Shown piece after piece: positions 1 through 12,399 of a stretch of DNA of 64,000 nt. The DNA lies in contig NW_003314265.1 of NCBI RefSeq assembly GCF_000143415.4, positions 324,405-388,404 on the forward strand. Reading direction: 5' to 3'. The DNA comes from Selaginella moellendorffii. Lineage: Eukaryota > Plantae > Lycopodiophyta. The number at the start of each line of letters is the position of its first letter. Positions within the stretch are counted from its first letter, which is position 1. A program made the position numbers and the translations under genes. The notes beneath the pieces were generated by a model, which did no database searches, was not told the origin of the DNA, and saw only the letters and a program-made list of their open reading frames with translations.

Positions 1-805
1 GATGGATGTACTGATCTCTCTCTGTCAGCTGCAAGCGATGTATCCGAAACGGATGACATGTTCATCCTCATGGCTCCGCAAAATGCCGTCGGAAATTGCA
101 TCATAGAGGTGAAAGTCGTGTGTTGATTATCTCCTTGTTTGTTCATTTCAAAGAGAGTTTTCTATTGTTACAGGATTTACAAGCAATGGTGCAAGCAGCC
201 GGAGACAGACCAGTTATTCTCGTCAATCCGCAGCTCAAGGTGACGAACTCAAGTTAGAACATTATGGAAACTAAAACTCACAAGTAATCGTTTTCTTTTG
301 TGCTTGCAGGACGTTCCAGGCGCCGGAGGAGTGATGCAGGTAAACTATAGCTTGGAATGTATAAGAAAGTAAGTTCCGTTGTCTTTGATTTTCCTAGGTG
401 ATTGGGAGAGAGCAAAGGATGGAGTTTTCAGACTCTTTCTTCGTTTGCTACTCTTTCAGGCTTCTCTACAGAGCTGGAACGTTCTATCCAATCATGGGAG
501 CGCTCAGGTGAGCGAGAGAGCAAGCTCGAATTCCTCCATTGAAAAAAAATTGTTTGATCTTGCAGGATGAAGTATCCTGGCCCCTACGAAGTCCACAAGC
601 GAATCGACACAGGCTACAGCAGTGAGACATACATCCAGGAAGCAACATTCCCAGGCCGCCCCACCCCGACAGAGCTGCAAGACGTCTTTGCCGGGCGATC
701 GAAGTAAGTTTTCGTTGCTCGTGACTTCTTCCTCACAAGGAATGCTGGTTGTGATCCAGAGAGGCAAGCAAAACCAAAAGCATCTGGTCCTTCTTCGGAA
801 TCTAA
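1..805 (+). CDS. AMK5: Chloroplast adenylate kinase 5-like, C-terminal DUF1995 domain (5' part lies outside the window; multi-exon)
   Basis: Spliced exons read DDMFILMAPQNAVGNCIIE/DLQAMVQAAGDRPVILVNPQLK/DVPGAGGVMQ...YPIMGALR/MKYPGPYEVHKR...RPTPTEL...KSIWSFFGI*, matching the plant AMK5 C-terminus. GT-AG introns at 109-173, 240-310, 340-397 and 508-565. Confidence 0.85.
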
Positions 806-1116
806 CAAGAGCAAGCGTTTCACTGAGAGAGAGAGAGAGTGAGGACGAAGATAAGAAACAAAGCACTTGCTTAATTCCAAGTACCTATCATATTTCTTCC
901 ACTCGTGTCATCCCAAAACGGGGGTGTGGCGGCGCTCTGGAGAATTACTACCGCAAAAAACACGAAGGAAAGAAAGCTTGCTCCTCGTGAGAAACTTGCG
1001 AAGAGAAACTAGAAAATATGCGTACCCGAAGAAAACAACGAATGAATGCCTTGCAGAAGCAATTGGAGGAAGCTCCAGATTTTCAAAACATTAGCAAAAT
1101 TAGACATGTTTACCAG

Positions 1117-3975
1117 CTACCAGGAGACAACCATGGCGTGGCTGCGGTCTTCGTTGGCAGGGACATGCTCTCGAGGAGCAGCTTCAAAGTCAGTAATGGT
1201 CTGCCCATAAAAGCTCGCGTCAGTGTTGTATCTCAAGCGCTTACCGAGCAGCGGACTCATTCCCGGGGTCACGAGTCCTCCGGGCTTGTTGGCCGCTGAC
1301 AGAAACGGAGATCTCAGCGGCGACAACACGGGACTCTTGGCGGGCGTCGTCGGTCGTTGTCTGAAGCCTGGAGTTTCTGGTATTGTGCTGGTGAGGGGCA
1401 TGCTCGAAGGGAGCGTTGGAAGCTGCCGAAAGCTGAATTCCTCTACGCGCGAGGTTGCTTCTGCCGCCTGTGATGGATCAAAGTCCATGTTGTCGAGCCG
1501 GCCGTCCTCCGTAGCGTTCATTAGCTGCTCACGCTCCACTTCCGGGAGAATCTCCAGCGATTTTTCCTGCACAACACAACGCATATTAGAGAGTCAGGAA
1601 CAGAAGTACGACGTACCATCAGTTTTGTTCGCTGCTCACATATCCTTTGCACCACGTCTGTGCTCATGTTCTCCATTATATATTGCCGCTCAAGGCTGAG
1701 CAAGCGCCTATGGACTGCATAGGCTTCTGAGAAACGGCACCGCTGGAAGAAGAAAAAAGCAAAAGAAGTTAGGAAACTCAACAGCTGCATAAAAACGTAC
1801 CTGAAGATAGAAAGCGGCCAGAAGACTTCCAGAGGACGATGATGGATCCTCCATCGCCTGCTCGAGAAGACATTTCCTCAGAACTTTCTCCTCGTCCAGC
1901 TTCCAAGGGAGCTCCAACACCTTTACCATGCAGTTCTTCCTTATGCAGATAAAGCATAACTCCCCTAACAAAACGTCCAATTCCTGTATCCAGTCCCTGG
2001 CAACTACATCTTCGTCTTTCTGCTGCTTGATGTTAGTTCGGATAGCCTTGACATGTGATTGTTGGTAGAGGTAAGCTTCACTTAGCATGCTGCATTCAAG
2101 CAACACTCTGACAACCGTCACCGCCTCGGACAGTGGTAGCGGTGTCAATATTTCCTCGCGTGGCCTAAACCGACCAGTTGATTGTAGAACCGGCAAGGCT
2201 GCATCAGGCCTTCCTCTCTCCAGCAAAACGAGAGAAACTTTTGGATGTAGACTCGGACTAACAATCTCTGGGATCCAGCGACAGGCCTCCTGAAATAAGT
2301 GCATCAATACAAGTATTGTTAACCGCTGCCAAGACCTTACCTGTAATGCCTCATCACTTTTGTTGTCAAGAAGGTAGAAAACGAAGGACTCCAGCATTGA
2401 CTGTCTTGGTATCGAGAAGGTCATGACGTAATCTTCGATGACATGTCTCCATTGAAGCTCGGGACACGTCCAGTGCCGATCAAACAAGTAATAGAGAAAC
2501 TGGCTGTGTTAAGGACAACAGAGAAAACGTAATAAAACAATTGCAGAAGGATACGATTGCCTTTTTGGCGAAGAAGAGATCAGAGCTTCCTTCCAGAAAA
2601 AGAGCGTCAACCGCTGCACGAGTACTTTCTGGAGGATAGTCACTGTCAGGTGCCTGATACGTAGCGACGTTTCCATGCTTCAATGATCCGAGATCAAGCA
2701 TCAAGTTGCTCGAATCGCCGTCGTCCTTTCCAAGACCGACGCTCAAAGCGTCTTCGATGAAGAGTGCGCCCGCAGGTTTTGGTCCCAGCCGTCCAGTGTT
2801 GGCCATGTACTCTGGCCATACTCTATCGTTTGCAGCCCATTTTCGTTCTTGAAAGGCAACCTTCCAGTGAGCAATGCTCGTAAAGCAGCTCGGAACATTA
2901 TCAAGGAACTTTTGCCGTATGCACCATGTCATCAGATCCAAATGCTGGAACAAAGCTTCCAGCAATTAGTAAAACACCAGTAGAGAATATCAGCTCGTAC
3001 CTGGATCACTATCCTAACGCTTTCTAAAAGCTGCTGCAACTCCACTAGAGATGCCGAACTAGCAGTAAGTGGTGCCTCAAGTGCATCCAGTACGTAGCAC
3101 AACCCCTGTAGTCTCTTCCCATGCCTGTCTAAAGCATCGGCTTTGCTTTGTGTTGGCTTGGAATTATCTGAAACGATGACAAGTGAGCTAGTGAGCAGAA
3201 AAGGAGGAAAGAAAACAGTTACATATATCGCGTAGCTTTCTCACTGTCGTGAGGAACGTTCTCTTGCACCACTCCTTCACAACAGATCCATCAAGAAGCA
3301 TAGAGATGACAGGATCACTTGAAATCGCAGCTTCGTCCATGCAAACGTCGGTCACATCTGGCCACTTGTCAAGGAAGAACAAACAAAACGAATCGAAAAA
3401 ACAGCACGTCGAAAAAGGATACAGTGACAAACCAAGGATGCCATGCTGTTCTCCACCGCGATGTCAAAGAAGGAGCAAAGTCTCCAGGCATCCAGCGTCC
3501 AGTAAGGCCCGTCTTCTTCTTTCTCTTGAAACTCTTCCTCCTGGAAGAAAGGGAGGAGCCCAGCATCCACGCATTCGTCGTAGAGGCGGAGCTTGAGGAC
3601 CTCCCCACTTCTCGGAATTGGCATCCGGCAGATCGGGCAAATGTCGCAGCGGTGGCAGCATTCCAGGCACAGGCACGCGTGGCCGCAAGACGTGAGGAGA
3701 TGCTGCACGGTTCTCCCACAGCTCCTCAAATCCCTGGTAGCCCTGCATTTCTCCACCTTGGCCTCGCTACACAGATCCCAGGGCTCCAGCCCCGCCAGCC
3801 GCTCCAGCACAGCCTGCACAACCCACAATCTCCATCACCTCCGGCCACATTCCCTCGCAAAATCTCCCGAAATTTGCCCGCAAGAACACACACAGCACAC
3901 CTGTTTCCGAGAATCGCCGCCGCCCCGCGACGAGGAAGAATCGCCATTGCCGTAGCGCGTGGGCGCGTCCTCCAT
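1117..3975 (-). CDS. HOS1: RING E3 ubiquitin ligase HOS1 (ELYS-like domain); 3' end uncertain
   Basis: Motifs EAKVEKCRATRDLRSCGR..LTSCGHACLCLECCHRCDICPICR, LFIEDAL and AKKAIFLYYLFDRHW. First exon MEDAPTRYG...RKQ splices in frame to AVLERL. Confidence 0.92.
2500..2554 (-). other. U12-type (minor spliceosome) GT-AG intron in HOS1
   Basis: 5' site GTATCCTT and branch site TCCTTAAC 8 nt before the exon. Splicing joins AKKAI to FLYYLFDRHW in frame. Confidence 0.85.
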
Positions 3976-3981
3976 CACCAA

Positions 3982-3990
3982 AAACCCTAG
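3982..3990. promoter_or_regulatory. Telo-box (AAACCCTA) just upstream of the HOS1 ATG; the motif also occurs near 29770, 29803, 57400 and 62215
   Basis: AAACCCTA/TAGGGTTT recurs immediately 5' of many genes in this window. Confidence 0.6.
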
Positions 3991-4157
3991 ACTCTAAAAT
4001 TTCAACCAATCCCAACCGTTGGTATCCGACGGCTGGATACAACACAGTGCCAAACCTATAGACCTTCCGTACACCCCCGTACGGACTTGAGATCTTCACA
4101 TTATCCGTTAGAGCAGTTCCTGTAGAAGAGATAACAAACATCTCTCCACTCTAGCGA

Positions 4158-7100
4158 TCAAAAATCCAGCAAAGAGAACTCGGGCGATTGATCGCCAAAA
4201 TCGCCATCGTCGCTCTCTTCATCATACGAGCTGCGATCGCCATTGTCGTCCGGCTCGGATAGAAACTCGAAGATCCCATTGGCCGAGATATCAGCATCCT
4301 CGTCGCTCAGATCCAGCTCCAGTTGCTCCTCGTCCTCCTCGCCATCTTCCGACGATCCGGGTGAGAGCAGCCGGGGGCCATCGTCGTCATCGTCGTCCTC
4401 CTCGTCATCGTCTCCATCCATCTCGTTCTCCTCGTCCGTGTCCATGCCATCGTCCGGGTCGGAATCATCGTCCGTGGGTCTCCTCCTTCCAACCTCGTAG
4501 AACTTCACGTACGAGTCCATCACCTGGTTGGGCTCCATTGCCACCACCCCGATCACCGACTCGCTGTTCTCGGTGGCCAAGTCGAGCACGCAGCGGTCCA
4601 CCTGCGTCGTGGCGATGTCCGAGTAGTCCACCGCGTCGATGGTCCGGAACGCCGAGAAGAGAGGGTGCCGGGCTCGCTTCGAGTTCAAGGCCATACCCAC
4701 CTCGTCCGTGTTGCGCCGGAGAGTCGCGTAGATCACGTCCCCTCGCGGGTTGAACGTAAGAACTGTCTGGTCCAGCGACGGCACGCTTCTCAGCAGCTTG
4801 AAAGTTCGAAGGTCCCATACTTCCGAGTTGATGATAACCTGGAAAAGATCCAAAACCAAACCTTTAGACTCAGCACGAGCTAGAAACAACACTAAAGGCT
4901 CACCTCGTTTCCAGCCGGATGGAAGCCACCACCGCAGTAGTCCGTGAACTGATCGAACCGGTGGACGGCTCCAGGGATGCGGTGATCCCACAGGACACCA
5001 TTCCAGAGAACCATGATGTCGGAAGGACTGAAGTGGATCTGAGACGGAAACTGGCCGCGGACTGGAGTCGTGATTGAAGCGTCCGTGAGTGTGTGCGATA
5101 ATGTGTAGTTATTTACATCATAGAGCATCACTTCCTTGGCGTGTTGCCCCGATCTCGTGACACCGATCATCGTCCCAGCGTGATTAAACCGAGCCGACTT
5201 GCAGTTGTCAAAGGTGTGAAGCGGGCCTGGTGTCAAGCCTGCCGAGTTCCAAAGCTTGACATCCGAGGTTGACGACGAAAGGAGGAGCTGTCCCGAGCCG
5301 GAGTCACCTGATATCGAATGCGGGGCCGATTGTAGGCTTGTTACTGGGGTCAAGTGGCAGCCGTGTCTCTCGAGCGTGGTTCCGTTGTTTGCATCAAACA
5401 GCACGATGTTTCCGCCGTGACAACCGGCAGCAAAACATCCGGTTTGGCCCAGCACAAACGTTCCGCACGTAAGTATCCTTGCGTCCTCGTCTCGGCTCAC
5501 ACGGACTAGCCGGAACCTGCTGTAGATGAAGTGCCTGTTGTGCCGTCGCCCGTGCATGCCACCGTAAGGTGGGTTGATCTCTCTCGTGCCGAGCCTTGTA
5601 GAAGTGTTATACGAGGCGTAGAGAGTTCTGCTGGCCTCCGGGCAGACGTGAGGATGAAGTAACGAGAGCGGCGGCAACGTGGTTATTGGAGCCGGACACT
5701 GGCGGTGTTGGTGCTTGAGGTACTGCACCACGAGGCTGTCTAGCGTTGCTCGCTCGTTCGCGTTGTGCTCCACGAGTAGATTTGGATGCGAGCCGTGGAC
5801 GGCCGGAGTCGTAAAGCTCGAGGGCTCTGGAAAATCGTCGAGCTTCTCCGAGGCCTTGGCTCCCAAATCTTGAAGAGCTGGAGTTGTCGTTAAGGGAGTC
5901 TCACAAGTGTTGTCGGTGGTCTTAAACCGCACCTGTGGAGTAGTAAGCATTGCCGGAGCAGCGCCGTTAGTGGAGAGGTATGGCCTCTTGTTTGGCGATG
6001 CATCCTTATCGCTTAACTTGCGTTTGAGTGAGCTCTTTGGCAGCACCGGCGTTCTTGACGTGCTGTCCTCGGTAGTATTCAATCTAGTCCCCGTTGCATG
6101 TGTGTCCTGTCCCTCTAATGTAACCCCTTCTTTACCAGCACCTGTTTTTCTAGGAGTCAAGGCTAGCCGCCTCCTCGAACAATCAAAATTTTGTCTGTCG
6201 TCATCGCTGCCCTGCTTGTTGGCCAGAAATGTACCACCGTTTAACCGACCGCTTGGCCATTGCATCTCCACCTTTTGATCAGTGAGAACTTCTTGGGCAG
6301 TGGATGAACTTGGAAGTGATGCCGCTGGCAACAAGGGATTCAAAGGCGCCAGTTGAGCTTCTTTGAGCAGCGTTAAAGCTGTGCTTGTGAACCCAGAAGC
6401 TAGAAGATGCTCGTGGATAAGCTGTAAAAGCTCCCTGTGAACACGAGATATACAGTCAACTGAAATTGGAAATAAGAAGGTGATCACTTACCTGGAGTGA
6501 TAATTTATCGGTGTTGCCGCAGCAATAGCAGCCCTCTCTATTCGTCGCAATGTAGGCGCCGCTGCCTCACTTGCGACAGTGCTAGCTCGACCTGCATTTG
6601 TCACAATCTGCCGTCACCACGAAGTGAGTACAAGCACAACGGAGTTGGAATCTAACTTACCCCTATCAAGTCCAAGGCGGCCTGACTTAATTCAGTTTGC
6701 CATCTGTCTTGTCCTGCACGATTTGCTTGTGATCCATCCCTCAGAAGTTCTGACAAAAGTTTCCCAACCTGCAGCGAATAGAGGTGGTAAGAAACAAAGA
6801 ACTATAGAGAACTTACTTGTAACTTCGTGAGGATTTGAGCAATGGCTTCGTCCCGGGCCAGTCCCAGTAGCACCCGACAGGCAAGGGCACGAATGTGAGC
6901 GGAGGGTGGCAAAACTGTTCGCGGATACAGCAAGTGCAAAAGAACTTTGATGCCGTTATTAGCTCGCACTGCTTCACGAGCAAACCGATAGCCTTGCTCC
7001 ATAGATGCTGCTAGTCCAGGCCCTCCAGATCCTGGTCCTAACGATATCCTCGTGTCACCAACTAGAGGTGAAGACAATGAGAGAGATGTCCCGGCTCCGT

Positions 7101-10100
7101 TATCAGTTCTGTCGTCTCCTCTTTGCCTATCTTTCGTGTCTGAAACTGGCGCAGGTGTTGCACTAGCACCACCAGGCGCGGAGCGACTTGAAAATGCAGG
7201 AGGCGGACATACAAGATTTACCAGAATTAACAAAGCAGTTTGTATAACCTGCATAGGTACGAGCTCGATTAAAAAACAACAGTAGGAATGCATATTACCT
7301 CTGGCTGGTCTACAAAAGCGGCTCCACTAGCTGCATCTAGAAGAACTGACATTCCAGAACGTCCATTGCTCAAGACAGAACCGACCACCACTCTCCGATA
7401 ACCTGGCACTAGAGTCACGATTTGCAAAACCGCAAGAGCATGTAGAGCACTTTCGTGCAGGTATTTTTCCCCTGGCGCAGCCTGAAAGAAACAAAATGAA
7501 ATCATTTTCCACCTACAATACCATGAGTACCTGAGCTAGCTCGAGTAGATATATGTGTCCATTCTGGCTGATAAACTTCTCCAATGCGGGCCATTTGATT
7601 TTAACAAATTGAGCAGCGAGCTTTTTATCACGCCACAGTTGCTGTATGACCGCCTCTGTAGCTTCATTGCTCACGTCAATCGGTTTGTAGGAGTCCCTAC
7701 TGTGATTTGAGTTGCGAGAAGCTCCGCGATGGCTCTTGCAAGGCTTCAAAGAGTCCACCCAGAGCAGAAAGCTAGCTCTGAAGTACTGTCTCAGCGCAAC
7801 ACAAGTGTGATAAGTGATTTGCTTGTCAGTGGAAGTTAGCACTTCCGCAGAAGAACCACGATCGCTACGTAGATTTCCACCAGATCTTATAGCGACCGTA
7901 TCCCGTAAAAGGTTTAAAAACGTTCGGAGGCCGTTTTGGCTTTCAAAAGCATCGATGATAGCTCGAAAAACGAACGATGAACCAAAGAATAGAGCAGCGT
8001 TTCGTCGTGGCGTATCTTTGGGGCATTCTAGCAGCTGAAATGCTAGCGCCACCAAGTCATGTATAACTGTCGGAGACAAAGCACAGACTCTCTCCATAAC
8101 ACCCTGCAATACAGTTAAACGTTAAATGAGAGATGGTGCTAAAAGTTTCCATACCTGTAAAGAAGCAATAGCGAAAAGGCACAAAGAGACACCAGTATAA
8201 TGTTGCGGAACTCGTGGAATCGAGAGAAGCTGCTGTATACCTCCCAAATCAACGAATAGTGTGGCAAACTTTCGATGAGAAGCGAGTGCACAAACCAGCC
8301 TTAAAACATCTGCAGCCATGGCCAGCGCTTCAACACTTTCCCCAGGGCGGGCATATCTCCTCAGCAACTCAAGGCAAACTTCAACACCTCTCTCTTGCAG
8401 TATAGGTCCCAGTATGTCGATATACTCTCCAAGCTTCTCCAAGCATTGCACGCAGTATTGCGCTTTCAAGAAGTTCAAGCTTTTCGGATCCCGAATATGT
8501 TCTGTTTCATCCTTTTCACCTTCCTGGATTTTTGGCTCCATCTCCTTTGGCTTGGCCCTCTCTTTCAAGGAAGATTCCAACCTGGAAATTCCTAACAGAC
8601 ATAAGAGAAAAAAAAAAGGAAACGGAAGAAAACAAACCTGACAACCCCGGCCGCATCTACAACTGTTGCCGCTGCAGCCTCTGCAGCAGCCAACACAGAT
8701 GCTTCGTCTTCAGTTGTAACAAGTACCTGTAAAACAGTCTCTAAGAAAATGTCTTATGAAAGGACGTAAGTTCTACCTCAAGTGCTGCGGCCCTCACAAG
8801 TTCGGCAGCCGCATCTCCGGCGGCCTTGATCGCCTCGTCGGAAGCATTTGCCCCTTTAGCTTCTGCCTGCGCAGCAGAGACCGCTCTCCTGGCAAACACC
8901 GAAACATCTACCTTCCCAGCCATGTATATTTTCACATCTTCATTCGTGCTGACCTGCGTCCTAGCTTTCTCCTTTCTGACATGCTTCTCATCTGTACCAC
9001 TGTCGGACAGCTTCGTTTTCCCCCGACTTTTCCCCCCACCTCGATCACGTACCTCCGGCACTCTTAAACTCTCATCATCGTGGTTGCCTCTGATTTTACC
9101 TTCCGGAAAGTCTTTCTTACGAGGTTTCTCCTCAGGTATACCGTCAACCATATCTTCTACAATCTGTCTCCCTGAACTTTCACCGCTGCCACCTTCAAAA
9201 TTCGTTACTCGTTTGTCGAGTGTAGCAGCATCGACATGTTGCCGAGGCCGTATTCGACCTTCTTTGTGGCCGTTAGCTACACCACCGTTGCCATGGTCAG
9301 GTTTAACCGAGTCACCAAAGGTCCATACTCGTAAGTAACGCATGAATTTCGCAGGAAGGCCAGTGGCAAGAATTTCTTCCGCAACTTCCTGACTGCTGCC
9401 AAAACAGTTTTTTAAGCTCCAAAGTCATATAAGAAAGGAAGAAAAGAAAAAATCTTACCCGGAGAGGGCACATGAAAAAAGCCCAATAGCAAAAGTCCTT
9501 AATATTTCGCCATCACTCGGCTTCTTATTTGTGAACACGCATGGCCTATCTAGTTCTTCCGTCACAAGCTGCTTAATCAAGGAGAGTAGCAAATCTTCGA
9601 AGGAATAGGAATACTGCATAAAAAGGAAAATTTTGTTAGCTTCTATATCTGATGTAGAATAAGAACTCACCATCCAGCAAGACACGCAAATAAGTAGTAG
9701 TCTAGCGGCAGCAGCCCGGAGAGGCAATGGATCATTCTCCCTTAGCAGAATACCCGAAATTGTATCAATGAAATACTCATCTTCCTGGAGATGGAGAAGA
9801 AATGAGCAGGAAAAAAAATAAAAACCATTGAGCTTACTTTGATCATGACCAAAAGCCTCCCTATAGTGTGAGACGATCGCGAGAGTGTAGTTTCCGACGC
9901 CCCAAGCTTGAGCTGGAACCTGGAGAGAAGCCAAAGAAAAACATTACCGATTGAATTTCCTCGATTGCCCTAGAGAGAGCCTGGAACGCTGGAGATTTTC
10001 CCTCCACATACCTCGTCTCCTCCTGCTCGAGGATCGCGGCTAGCTTGCTCACAAGCGCCGCGGGGGGATTGGGCCGGGAGTCTAAGATCCCCCGCATTAG

Positions 10101-10238
10101 CTTGTGCGCCTCCTCCACGACGTGATCCCGCCCGGGGCTGTCGCTCCCGAAGCTCTGCAAGAATGCCTGCCCCACCCCTTCCTCATCCAAGAACAGCATC
10201 CCAGCTCCCGGCCCTAAAACCTCCTCTCCCTCCGCCAT
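4158..10238 (-). CDS. DCAF1: DDB1- and CUL4-associated factor 1 (VPRBP/DCAF1): ARM-like region, LisH, WD40, acidic tail
   Basis: Motifs ELLQLIHEHLLASG (LisH), [89 protein letters not shown], and a D/E-rich tail. Confidence 0.95.
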
Positions 10239-10499
10239 AGCCTAGCTCCGCTCTTACACTTGCTTTCTCCTCCTGGAAGCCCTCGAGCTTTTTAAGTGGA
10301 CTCCGTACTACAGTACGGTACATGTGGACCCTGGATCGATTCCCTTGCCAGACAATCATTCTCCTACCCTAATATTCGAGAATATCCCTCTCGTTTGAAA
10401 TTCGTTTCTTCGGCGTTATCTCTATTCACAACACAGGGATTTCCAAGCAAACCAAGAACAAACAAATCGAGACGATCAATCGGGCACTCTCACTATAAC

Positions 10500-11791
10500 T
10501 CACGGTAGCGTCGCCTCCTCGGCTCCTTTAAGAAACGCTTTGGCGTCCGGAGCTCTCGACGCCGACAGGAACCTCAAACTCATCTCGTAGGCCGAGAAGA
10601 TGGCAGCGTTCACCAGGTACGCTCGAGCCAGCGCGGTCCCCAATCCACGCCACAGCACCCCTCTCCCCTCCTCGCGGACGCTAGTCCTTAAGCAATCCAC
10701 GATGCCCGTGTATCTCATCTCGGCTCCGGGACCCTGGGACTGGAGCCTTGTCTTGATCACGTCGAACGGGTAGCACACGATCCAGCTGAGAGCCCCCGCA
10801 AATCCTCCCGCCGTGAGCAGCGTGAGGATCGACTCACCACCGTTTTTCCGGCAGCTCGGGTGGAGCTTCTCGCGCAAGAACTCGTAGGAGCTGAAGTAGA
10901 CTGCGTGAGCCGGGGCGTCCCTGATGAGCGTGATTCCAAGGCCGCGGTAGAGCCCCCGGAGGCCCTCTGTCTGGGTGATCTTCTGCGCGACTTGGAGCGG
11001 CCCGTGAAGGTTGGCGGACTTGGAGCATCCTTTGAGCGATCGCTGGATTTGCAGCTTGATCTTGACGAGTTCCACAGGTGTCAGTATCAGCGTCTGGAGC
11101 GCACCTGTTCCAAAGCCAGCGACAGCGACTCTTTGCAGAGGAAGCGTCTCGTTTCGTTGATCCGGTGACTGTACTCGACAAAGAGTAGCGTAAGTCTGGA
11201 AGGCGACGGCATTCTGTGCACATTAAAAAATTAGTATTGCGCAAAAGACCAGCTTTAGAAAGAAACCACCACGAGATTTGTGATAAAAAAGACGTGTCAG
11301 AGACAAATTTCTCACTCTCAGGGACACCAAACTCCCAAGTTAAGCAACTCAGAGCACGACACTCACCAACAGGAACAATGGCAGCAATACACTAGCAAGC
11401 AGCATTGTCTACTTTGAAACAATTGTACCTGGCAACCGGCACAAATTTTCTTTCTCAGGTAGCTAAATGCGAAACCTGGCATGAAAATCGATCCAAACAG
11501 GATTCCAACAAGGAGCTCTGAAGTAAAAATCATAAAAATTGGTACCTGGAGGGCAACGGTGGCCAGCGGCGACGACATTCCCTTGTAGAGCGCGCGCACG
11601 CCTTCTGTTCTGAGCAAATGCCTCACCATTCCAGTGGCGGATGACGGCACCGACGAGAGAGCGTGGCGCGGCTGCTGCTGCCGGATCCTGATGGTATCAA
11701 GCGGATGCCCCGAGATCACGCCCGCCATTCCTCCCAGCCCGCCCGCCACGAACTCCCTCCCCCAGGATTTCTTCTGATCATATGCCTCCAT
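10500..11791 (-). CDS. BAC2: Mitochondrial basic amino acid carrier BAC2-like (SLC25), two exons
   Basis: WGREFVAGGLGGMAGVISGHPLDTIRIRQQQ and three Px[DE]xx[KR] carrier signatures (PLDTIR, PVELVK, PFDVIK). Intron 11214-11545. Confidence 0.88.
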
Positions 11792-12399
11792 CGCTGCCAA
11801 GAACCGAAATATTTCGGTGGAAGGGAAGATCAATCGATCGCACCGATCCCCGCCGATTGATCGATATCGCTGGCGCAAATCTAGAGGCGATGCCGCTCCT
11901 CCCTAATCCATCCGCCAGGGCGGGGATTTCCAATGGCGTCGGGGAATAGGCAATGGCTCCGCCGAGGCCACACACTGGGCGCTTGCCCTACAGAGAATAG
12001 CCACATCACCCTTCCTGCCAAATGGGAGCGCCGCCTAGACGCGGGCGGATATTCCGGTGGCGTTTCCAAGGTGTCCCAAGGGAAAGCGAGAGAGCCTTTA
12101 CTTATTCTGGACTAGAATCTCCTCTATAGAAACAAAGCCTTGTCCAGCTTTCAAACCATTCCATGGGAGATTCTTCTTCGTCCATGGAAGATAAAAGGCA
12201 AAATGGCATCAGCAATGAGTTTGTCCGTATGTACGAAAAATAGGCCTAAAATATGTGTCCGTACGTTTTGCGTAACTAAGCCCTAAAATACACAAAACTT
12301 TTGATCGCGGGGATCGAACCGCGACATTTCCCTCGTGCTTATCGAGGCGAATGCACAGGGTTATCGTGGAGGGAGGGAGGAAGGTTTAGCGCAGGCGCT

